A stretch of 49,946 nucleotides of DNA from Girardia tigrina. Its lineage: Eukaryota. The position numbers and the translations under genes are program-made. The stretch covers positions 1 to 49,946 of the forward strand of contig MQRK01217243.1 in the NCBI GenBank assembly GCA_001938485.1. Reading direction: 5' to 3'. This document shows, one piece after another, positions 14,301 to 26,300 of this stretch. The notes under the pieces were generated by a model that was given only the letters and a program-made list of their open reading frames with translations, was not told where the DNA came from and ran no database searches. Each line of letters opens with the position of its first letter. The stretch's first letter is position 1.

Positions 14301-17300
14301 TTAGAAGTAAATTCGGAATTAGTTTAATCAGAAAAAAATATCCGTACAAAATTTAATATAGGGTATTTCGACCAATATCATAATTTTCTCGACCAAAATC
14401 ATGAAATAATTCTATAAAACAGTATTTAACATGTAAATTATGAAAAATGTGAATAAATTTATTATTTTCAAGCCAATCAAAGTTTATTAATTTCGACGGA
14501 TTAACCGTCATCGTCAGAACAAATGATTTTTAAAACGAAATTTACTTATACAGTGCAGTTAATGATTATGCAATCAATACGTCATCAGTACATCATTTAA
14601 AAACTCTCAACAAAGTTGTAGAGAATGCACTTTGAACGTTAATTTTAGATCCAAAGATCTTATATATAACGCTTCACATGTCACTCTCTCCCAATAATTT
14701 TTAAATTGAGTGCACAGAAGTTTAAAGTGTTGTTAATTTATATCTCCTTTACAATATCTTCTATGCTACTTCCACCTTCATTACGACTGTGCTCTGGGAT
14801 TCTTTTACAAAGATTAAACCGTCGAAATTAATAAACTTTGATTGGCTTGAAAATTTTTTATTCGACAGTTTACCAATTTTATTCAAATTTATTCACAAAT
14901 TTATTATTCATTTATTTTTTCTCTATTAGAACACAATTAAATAACCAAACATTTGTCTAAAAAACGAACTACAATAATTATCTGTAACTTTGATAAAGTT
15001 AAATTTCTTAATTCTTGTTCATGTTTTGCATTTCCTCGAATTAATAAATTTTTCCATACATAAGATACATTTTCGATCGGGTTTAGAAAAGGTGAATAAT
15101 GTGGCAAATACTTAATGTTCATACTTGAAATTTCGAGATCATTTAATAAATCCCTGTAATTGTGACTTTACGTGTTTTCCATTACAAATGTTGCTGAATC
15201 TAGAAATGCATGGTATTTTCATTTCTTTTAACGGATCTTTAAACATTTCATCATTTACAGCTTGTTCATAAATTTTATGATACAAAATTCCATATTTATT
15301 CATCGCAGCTACAACAGAGATATTTCGGCTTCGGGAAGTTGGAACAGAAATGAATGCTGATGTTGCTTTTTTGCTTCGACCTTTATTTGATCTTGTCACA
15401 ACAGCAAAGTCTACTTCATCCAAGAAAATAAAATTTTTATCATCATTTATTGTTTTCCAATCTCGAATTTGGTTTGTATATGTTTCACGGCTATCAATTG
15501 TTGATGCTGTATTTCTTCTTTCTGGAATCCCATCAACATTTTTTATTGTATAATGAAATTCTCTTAGTACTCTTTCAATAGTACTTATTGAAACCCACAC
15601 ACTAAATTTTGCCACTCTTCTTTTTATCACCAGAAGTTTTCTTAACAACTTCTTTAGTGATTTTCTTCACACATTTGGCAGCAACTTTGGCAAGCATTGT
15701 CAATTTTTTATCCTTATCAGATATCGAAAATTTTATTTCGTTTTCTATTTCATCCGGTATTTTATAAATGAAAAAAGGAAGTATATCTTAGTAAAACACG
15801 CAATAAGTAATTGTGTAATCATCTTGGAATTTTTTATCAGGCACACTCCAAGAGGTTTTCAAAGACCCACTTGTACATTTATGCAAGCAATATTTAATAA
15901 TCTATCTTTGACCATCTCCCAATAAATTTTGTAAAACAAAAAATTCCTTAAACGTTTCAGAATCGCCGAAATATATAAACAAGTTAATAAAAAGTCTAGT
16001 GACAATTTAAGCGCAATTTCCTTATGTTATTCGGTGCCCAAATATTAAAACGTTTATATCAGTATTTGACTATGATTAATTTTTTGTNNNNNNNNNNNNN
16101 NNNNNNNNNNNNNNNNNNNNNNNNNNNNNNNNNNNNNGTTGTCTATTAATTATTAAAACGTTTATATCAGTATTTGACTATGATTAATTTTTTGTGACCG
16201 AACGAAAGAATATTTTTGAAAACTTTCTTCGGCAATATTGTTCTAAATTATTGCAGGACTCGATTGGTAAATGTTTCAAGTCGCTAAGTGGTCTGGTTGC
16301 CGAGATATAGGCCAAAAACTGCATTTTTTCGAGGTTTTTTGGCTTTTCCCGGAAATCCAGGAAGGAATTCCGGGAATTTTTTTGGCCCACAATCATCCTC
16401 CGAACTTGCTTAACATATTTACTTTTGGAACTAGCCCTCGATATTGCTTCGTTGAGGAGGAGATACGACTTAAAGCTGCGGACACACATCCATCCATCCA
16501 TCCACACAGAAATAACCAATTAATAATCGCAATTGTCAGTATGGAAATTGCGCTAAAAAGTTGTATTGCGCAACTACTACGGGTATTTTATAAAAAAATT
16601 ATACCAAATTGTCAAAATCATTAAAAGAGCTGTACTGAAGTTCAAAAAATTCGCTCTAATCGTCGGAATCTTAAAAGTTGGATTTTTTGGTTATATTATA
16701 AGAAATATAATATAAAAAATATTTGCATAAAGTATTTGAGGTAGTAAATTAAAATTCATTCGAATATATTTTAATAAAAAGATAAGAGATAAACTAACGA
16801 TTTACTAAAAGAAAAAAGAACAGAAATGTAAAATTAAATTAGAGAACATGTTTTGAAACAAAAATATTTTAAAATGTTTTTATCGCTTGAAGAGGGTTGA
16901 AAAAGTTTCTTTTTGTGTTCTTTACGTTATTTTTACTTTTTAATAATATTCGATCTTTTGTTATTTTAAAGTGTATCTTTAAAATAATTAAACGTTAAAA
17001 CATTAAAATACCTAAGAATGTTTGATTCTGACATATTAAAAGATGAATTTTAATTATAAAATTATATCTTATACATTTTTCATTATTTTGAGATGATACA
17101 TTATTAATTGAATAGATTAAATTTCAGATTTAAGTGTTCATTGGGGTTTTTGTTATTATATAATTTTGATGGACTGCTTATTTATATCTATACTTCACAT
17201 TAATTTAATAATACGGTAATTGACGTATATTGTAAAATGTTCCAAAATCCCAAAGTTTTCTGTATTAAAAGTAAATTTGGGACATATTTATGATCTAATA

Positions 17301-20300
17301 TGTGAATTCCAGGTGTAGAATATAATAGGAGTTGTTAAAAATATAATGTATGTTATAATTACAAATTAATACAACCAAAAAATTAATATTCAGGCATTAG
17401 TACAGAAAAAGTGGCCAAATCTGATTTAGATTTACATACGTTAGCGGCCCAAATTAATGGAGATTGGTTCAAACTAGCAGAAGCTCTTGGAATCACTGAT
17501 GAAGACACTCTAAACAGCCTGAGTTCAGAAAAGGATCCAGCCTACGCTCTTTTATTACTGTGGAAGTCACGGAGAGGGGATTCACCACATGGTTATTCAA
17601 TTTTACAATATATTTCTAATGTCTTCCTAAAATATTGATCTTTAATATTAGGTATATACATATGTTAATCATATTTATACTTTTCATAAGGAACTTATTT
17701 TGATTTTTTCTCTAATTAATACTCTTTTCGATTATCTACTTTTTTATAGTGAACATTATGGGGTCATTTATTTCGAGACAGAGTATTTTTCTTAGAATTA
17801 TTTAAAAAAATTCTGATTTTTTCAGCTTTTTCAAAATATGTTTTTAATAATTTTGTTTTTAAAATGAAACTTTTTTTGGATATTTACACAATATTTTTTT
17901 ATAAATATTCTATAAATGCTTCTTTTTTTCCTAATGTTATTTTATTGATATAAAAAACGTCTTTTTGATTTAGCAGATCAAAGAGACATGAATATCTGAG
18001 AGAAACAAATAAATTATTTCCGGCCAGACGTTTAATATTTTTTGTCGATGTTTTATTATTGCTTTGAAAATCATTCAGATTAATTATTTAACCGTTTTTA
18101 ATAATGTACGCAATTTATTTTTGGAAAGTTTTATTGTTTTAATGAATTTTTAAAAAATCTAAAAACATTTATTCTTGTATCAAAATCTGCAGGATGTTTT
18201 CCATAGGTCGTTATTTTAGATTATGGTTTATTAAATATAATCAGCTTTTGTAAATATTAGTTTGTATAAAAATAAGATAAATTTAACACATATTGACGAA
18301 CAATAGTTCTAAACTTAATAAATACATTTATGTTTAAAGTTTATCTAATAACTAAGGTCACAAAAAGTTTGTTTTACAAAAAAACAGTGTACCTCAATCT
18401 TTTCCACTTCAAAATATTAGCCGTTAGTTCCAATGCACCTGTCTCATTTCCGTTTCCATCGTTCAAAACATTTACAAAGGTTATCAGAAATCCAGCTTTC
18501 AAGTTCCGTACAACTTGAATTTTGGGTATAAAAATAAACTAAAGGAACTAAGTCTTACGAATCTTGAGTGATCTAGCGTTGTAATTGAATTACAAATCAC
18601 AAATTCTCAGACAATGAAAGCAGAATAAGTGGTTCATTTTCGTGATTCAGAAGCTATTAATCACACAAATTCGGTCGCACTCGACGTACATGATCCATCA
18701 ACAGTTTGTGAACCTCCACGTAGACCTTTTGTGTGAGAAATCCATCAACAATGGAGATCGATAGTCTTTTTGGTTCTACGTCATCGTCGCAGTCTTCATG
18801 GCTTTCTCCGAAACGCTTGATCTACTTGAAAAAAATCTGTTTTTTTAAGTTATAAAAATAATGCCAACTTTAACACTACGATTATCTAGATGACCTCATA
18901 GTTAAAATGCTTCAGTATGTTCCTCACCATCAGCGCAGCCAACGATGTTTTCACAATGCTACGTATGTACGAAGCTTTGCCAAATTTTTGGTCAATATTT
19001 TACTTAATATTAGTGGTACTAAAACGAAATTAATGAATAAAAATTTATAAATAATTCTTATTATTAATTTTAACGAAATAGATACCTTCCTTCACGTTTC
19101 TCTTATTTTTTTGAAACATTTTGCCTAACAATAACGTTTTAAATGTTGTTTCGATTTGTTATCAACTTTAAAAATTCTACGATCCAAAGAATGTTACATT
19201 TCCCTTTTAAGTCAAATTAGATGGCATAAAATCTAGAGGCCATTATTGGTTTCTTATTGTTATCCAAGACGGGCTTTTAATTTTATCCTTCGTCACTTTT
19301 ACATATAATATCATTTTTTACATATTATCATACTAAAAATGTACTCAAGGACGACTTGACAATGTGGAAGTTGTTCTAAATTTATACAAGCTACTACTTA
19401 AAATCGAATTATACTCTTATTGTTTGACAGGGTTAGAAGGTTTAAACATTAAATGTAAATAGTCGCAACCCAAGGGATTTTGTCATTGATAAAATGATAT
19501 TTTTCAGAATGTTTAAAAATACCTAATTTATCTGTTTTTATCCAAGATTAACCAATTTTCAAGATTAACATGTTCGCCGAATTTTCTGTTAAATCAAATG
19601 TTCTATTTTTAATAAAGTATAAATTTTCAATATTAAAACTATTCCTCACAATAGGTAATGAATTGGATAAAGCTCTACATACCATCGGTCGAGAAGATAT
19701 AATCAAAAATTGTTTGCTTAATACAACTGTTGTAACTAATGAAAATGAAAAAAGAAAAGCTTTTAAAGAAATAAATGGTTAATAAGTGATTTGGAATAAA
19801 ACAATTACATATTACTATTAGGCACTCATTACTTACATACTGACAAGCGAGGGTCACTGGATGGAGACGATAAAGCATCTCAAGGAGAAGATGATACGAA
19901 ACCATCAGTTGAAGAAGAAGATAGTTGGATTAATAATTAAATCAATTTTTTATAATTGCTAATGCAGGTGACGAGTCAATGATCATTGCAACTATCAAGC
20001 CAGGATCCGTGGTGAGAACAGACGAGAATGACAATGAATTACCTGATATGAAGAAAAATGCCTTTAATAATTTAATAGATATGTTAGATCAGATTTTACC
20101 GGAACCACTAATCCATGATCCTACTTATGACGATAGTGAGTTATTCTGAAAAGAAATGAATTTATTTCTATTTTTACAAATTCTTCAGATTCTGTGAGCG
20201 AAGATGAAATTTCTGCTAAAATAATAGAAAAGCCTGATAATATTCATCTTGATTTTTCCGCTATACCAGACAAGTTTGATGAAACACCAGAAGAAGATCA

Positions 20301-23300
20301 CCCAGATGATCATATTAAATCACGAACAAGTTCGATTGTCATTGTTTTGGTGTTGGTGATTTATGTTTTCCAATTTCTTCAGTGAGAGATACTTATGCTG
20401 AGTTCAAACCAAACGACGACTACTCACCCCCAGATGCTCTCGATGATCAAAAAGTTCTTTGTGGTAAAAAAAACAAGTTCTTTATAGTACTAACAGTAAC
20501 ACATATCACTTTAGATTACGAAAAAAGATCAGAGGTGGAAGATGACTTGCCAGCTGGTAATAGTTCATGTTTTTTGTCTTTGATTGTGTATGATTTGGTA
20601 GTCAGTTTTGAGTTCATATCTTATAAGTCTTCTTAATTACTATATCGATATGGTTACATGTGCATTTGAAATGGGAATGTTTGAAGTAAACTCGATCAAA
20701 TTCGTTTCGAAATAATAAAATATCAAAAATATGATTAATATATTTTTGAATGCTAATAATTATATTTTATTTTACCTTATCTGAATTTTAATATTATTAG
20801 GTGATTTATCAAATGAAATATTTCATAAATGTTTTTTTTAATTCATCGTCGCAATTTGATGATAATACTCAACAACTCCTTTTATTTCTCGAAAATCACA
20901 ACGATAAAATATTTTTTGATGTTTTGTCGAGTTTGTCATCATTGAACATCAAAGATCGTCTTGATTTAGGAGCGTTATTTATAAATTTATGTTGCTTGAT
21001 AAAAATCTTTGAAGTCAAATTTTACTACTATAACTTTCCCATAAGCTTCGATTATGTTACCTGTCTAGCTAGTATTCAAATCGGGATCTTAAAAGAGCAA
21101 CATGAAGTCTTGGGTTTAGCAGTTGCAGACTTTGGCATCTATTTTAGCAATAAAAACATTTTGTTAAATAGACGAAGTTTATAACTACAGTAGATTCTGT
21201 TTTTATGCGATTTTTAAAAAAAATATTATATGATAAAAAGCTTCTACTTCATTGGATGGCCAACAAGAAAACGTGTGTAACTACATCAATTTTCAAAGAA
21301 TGGCTTAATCGATATTTTATTCCAGAAGTTAAGAAACATTTGCTAGATAAAAGTCTCGAGTTCAAAGTGATTTTACTTATCGATAACGCGCCAGGTCATC
21401 CTTATATTAAACATCCCAATGTCGCGATAGTCTTTCTTCCATCTAATACAACCAGCATTTTTCTACCATTGGATCAGGGGATCATCTATAATTTTAAAAA
21501 AAATAGTATATAAAGTGGGCATTTCACCACATTTTGCACAAGATCGAGAATGAAGAGATGACAGTTATGAATACCTGAAAAAAATTTTCGATTTTGGATT
21601 GCATAAATCATGCTGATTTTGTTATTAAAGCTATAAAACGAAAAACTTTATATGCTTGCTGGAAAACGATTTGGCGAGAATGCATTAAAGGGAAAACCTA
21701 CTAGAAGAAATATCAACTGCAGAAAATATCTTTTTTACAATTGAAAATATTACCCATTTTTATGTGCTTTTATTGCATTATATCATATTTATGCTGTCCT
21801 TAGAAATATGGAACCTATAAATGGTTTTACTATAGTATTAGTACCCTTTTTCTGCAGTTTTTTTATGATGTTCTTTTGGAACATATCTACTGCATAAAAA
21901 AAGAATCTACTGTATTTCTACAAATTAAAGTCGAAAAATGTTTTTCTTTCAATTCAAATATTACAGTACCTGAGACTCATATTTAGACAAACAATCTTTT
22001 AACTCTTATATATCCAAAACTCGATGCTGAGCACCAACATGATAGTCAATTTCCTTTTATACGTCTAGATTTTTTGTAAATTGAGAAAATTTGATAATTA
22101 TATATTTTTAAACAACGTTCAGTACTTACTCGTTTAAACAATAGAATCAATTAAATTAAATTTAGTATATAGCTGGAATGAACAGGGTAAGAAATACGAC
22201 ATTCGTGCAATTCTTCAAAACAAGTTATTTCGATGAAATGGTTTACTGCAACGACATCGAAGGTCTTCTTTCGACAATAAAAATTCACACGAATGTGCAA
22301 TAGAACTGGTGACTCTTTGTCAATGGAAGTGTCAACATTTTGAAGGCTATGCTCCTTCATAAGGACAACATGTTTCCTGTATTGCCAGCGACCTATTCCA
22401 GGAAAGTTAAAGATACCTACTTGTTAATAAAATGAATTTTTGAGCTAATTCATCATGACAACTTCAAATGTAGAGTTTTTTTCGAATTAGAAGATCATCG
22501 TAATGCTCACTGGGATGTTGGGTGGCTACATCAAGTACGATTACTTTATTTATCTATGAGATAGCAAGCACGTCAGCAGCATTACAGGAGAAGCTATTAA
22601 CAAGAGTGTGTAAATCGAACACCAGGAATGCAAAATGTCCTCTATGAGGCTTTCGTAACACCGGGAAAAGTAACACCACCTTAACATGTTAAATTCGGCA
22701 TTTTCAAAAATTTCTTCAAGACTTTGGATTCGAAAGGGGAGCTAATAAAAACACTAAAGAATATTTTCCCGTGATTATCAGCAGCCAAAATAAAAGAATA
22801 CGTCTTCGTTGGACTAGATACCAGAATATAAATGAAAAGTCAGCAATTTCAAGATGCATTATCCCCAGTTGAATTGCATGTTCAGTTACTTACTTCAATT
22901 ACTTAGACAACATACGTACAAGAAGATTAAATCGAATTTGCTATTTATTTTTTCTCAGGTAAACATAGATCTTTTGGTTATCGAGATATAGTTTCATAAA
23001 TGTTGGAACCATTTGAACTGATGAAGGGGAATATGTCTCCGACAATTCACTTTCTAAAGTCACCTTAATTTTTTTATCCAAAATGGAAGAGATCACAGAC
23101 GAGCATGCTGAACGATTTCATGAAACCCTTTCAATACTGAAACAGCGATTTCAAGGAAAAGCAGATCATAGAATGATGATTGACTATTTATCGATGATTG
23201 GTTGTCGCTAAAATATGAATTACTTTGCCATAAATGCTGTATTACTTGTTTTCAACCTTGGGAGTTTGCATATTTTCAAATAAAATAAAAAGCATAAGAT

Positions 23301-26300
23301 AACAAAATATCTGGACGAATAAGAGAAAAATGACTATCATATTCGTGTTTAGCATCAAATTCTGGATATAGTACGTGTAAAGACTTCTTTGTCTAAAATA
23401 AAAAGTGCAAATTTGTCGGCTGTTGTTATTAGCAAATAAAGATAATAAAGTTATGAATTTGTAACTAATTGTTAAATAAAAATCAATAATGATTGTATTC
23501 TTAAAATAAAGTAAGAAATCTGACAAAAAAACCATACTGAAAATATTTCAAGGTCTCTAAATCAGCATCAATTGTTCTTTTCAATAAATCGTATGTGATC
23601 ACATGTTAGATAGATAGCACCATTTAATCTGGGAGTTAAATCTCTTTTGAAAAATCATCAAAGGATTAAGGTCCCCTGAAAGGGGGTGTCGGAAAATTCG
23701 TCCCCGAGATAAGTGGTTAATAAATAAAAATAAATAAAAAAAAATAAATAAAAATACTATTGTGAGAAATTTATTGATTAAAATGCATGTCGCATTCTTG
23801 AGTATTGATTAGTAGGATCTGTTAGTTTTTAAGAAAAATATTACACAAAAATTAATCCAATTCTGGAAATGAAATATACACTTCAAATATAAAATAATTT
23901 TTATATTTATATGACATTTCATAGATTATAAATTAAATTACAAAAATAAATGCTTAATAGAAAATCAAAAATAAAGAAGGATATATTTTAAAAATTTAAA
24001 TTTTCAGATTTTTTAACTTAGAAGTTAAAATTAAATGCAATACCTCTCAGATACTCAATATTCTTACTTCTTTTATAATGGTCACAAACCATAGAGTGAC
24101 CTCTTTTTGAAATTTTTTGATATTTCTTATTTCTTGTGGTAATAGGTATCCAAGAATTTAGCTGAGAGAGATCATATTGATGAAGACTTTGTTGTTGTTT
24201 GAGAACGTCAATGAATTTATATTTATTTGGGCAAACTGAACCACACATCTGTAAAAATCCACGATGCCAACCTTCAATATAAGTATTTGTACGATGGTCA
24301 TCATTTAACGGTCGCTGATATTGATTCCACATCTGTATTTCGAAAATAGGTGATCTGCGTCTTCTGTGTACCTTTTTTAATTTAGTCATTTTTTATTTTA
24401 ATTATTAAATTTTTCTGGGGCATTTTTTTCCGGGGACGAATTTTCCGGATACCCCGGAAAGGAAAATAATACCAATTAACCCTAGCCACACAAGGCTTTG
24501 AATGTAGACATGTTGTATTTAAAAACAAGAAAACAATAAATCTTTTTCTCAACGTACTTGCTGTGTAATATAATTGAAAGGAAAAGTTTTGCGTTATTCA
24601 AGTTCCGTTGAGAATTATCTCCGATGTCATTTAACCCTTCGTAACTCAATAGAACTTCGTAACTCAATAGAGAGAACTGTCAAATTCATCATCCTACCAC
24701 CAACGCCACCTGTAGGTACTAATAAATCACCGATGTTGTATCGATCGGTGTGTAACAGATATGAAACAGTGATTTAAAATGTGATATGTTAATAGTTAGA
24801 GATCCTGTAAGAGTTACAACGGTTTGTTACAGAAGTGTCACACCATGTTACGAAGGGTTAAGTTATAATTAAAATATTCATTTTTCTTATTAATTCGAAA
24901 ATTATATCTGATCTTCTTTTCTAAATATTTTCACAACCTTATGCTATGGATAACTATGGAGTTGGATTGATTTCAATTCTTATGCTCTTCAATGCTTAAT
25001 AGCATGCTGCAACACCCTTGCATGTGTCTGAAATCATTTATTGCGATCTTTTATAAAATTGTCTTTATGCATTCAGAGGAAACGTTTTATCTTATAATTT
25101 TTTTGCGAAAAGATTGTTTTTTAAAAACTGGATTGATAATAAAATGGAATTTAATTTTATAATTCAATAGAAAAAATGTTCAGATACCACAGAATAAGAT
25201 TCAATTTTTAATGACAATTTTTGACTTCTGAAGTTTTTGTTATTCAAAAGGAACGAACATACATCCTCATATTAGGTGGCAATACTACCAGCTTTATCAT
25301 TACCACTTATTCTTATGTCCGTTATGATTATTCTATAACTGAATCATTCGACTCAGAGATCCTCGAATCATCAGTTCTGATCTTTTACAGAAAATTGATT
25401 TTGAGAGTATGAAACCATAAATCTTTTGTTTTTTTAACGAAATGCATATTGAATGTTGAATTACTACCGTATATCAAATGAGTACACTGTGTCAATGTTT
25501 ATGAATGGGGCTGGTTTTATTTTAATGTTTCAATAATAATATTTATATTTCATTATTGAATGCATTAGGAATTTATGATTCGGAGTCGCAGAATCCATTC
25601 GTGAGTATTTTCTCGCCAAGCAAATTTAACTCAGACACAGATGAGGATTTTAGTTTTAGTGATAGGGATTCTCCTGTTGGTAATAATCGGAAGACTCACA
25701 TTTCTGTTAGCAGACAATGTTTTAGTCCTATTAGAATTAGGACACCTTTCTATAACAATTCCAACAATTCTTATGATAATAGTATTGAAATATCGAAGAA
25801 AATGAGATCAACTGCTATTGATCTAGAAGATAATTATAGATCATTGCAAAGCTGCTCGCATCCGGATACTGAGAATAATCAACATAATAATTATTTTGTT
25901 CGTATTTCAGTGGACGAAACTGTTAATAAATTGGTCCATGTACCAAGTCATGGGAAAAATATCTGTCAATTTAAAATAAAGAAAATCTTCGATCACAATT
26001 GTAATGCACCAACAATATCGGAGAAACATTTATCTTTGAGAAGCGAAAATTTGCAAATCATTCAATTAGAAAAAGTTGTTTCAGATAACTTTTTAATTAA
26101 AGGACACTTAAGCCTGAACAATATCGATAGTAGTGAATATAATCAGGTGTCGTCGGCATCTTCATCCGATTGCAATTTCGACTGTGACGAAGACGACTGG
26201 AACATTGCGACAGAAGAAGATTAGAAGAACTAAGATAATTAGGTTGTTTTAGGATTATTGCTGATCGCTTAGCGCTGCCTTAAACTTAGCTTTACTAATT

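Noticed and set aside
16043-16195. 45-bp direct repeat flanking the N run
   Set aside because: Most simply an unmerged contig overlap at the scaffold gap, not a biological duplication.
16184-16624. Overlapping 111-aa and 117-aa ORFs on opposite strands
   Set aside because: They lie within a relatively GC-rich non-autonomous repeat and include translated microsatellite (WMDGWM / HPSIHP).
25171-25211. Possible extra short ankyrin terminal exon (EKMFRYHRIRFNF*)
   Set aside because: It has a phase-compatible AG, but it is too short and atypical in composition to distinguish from chance.
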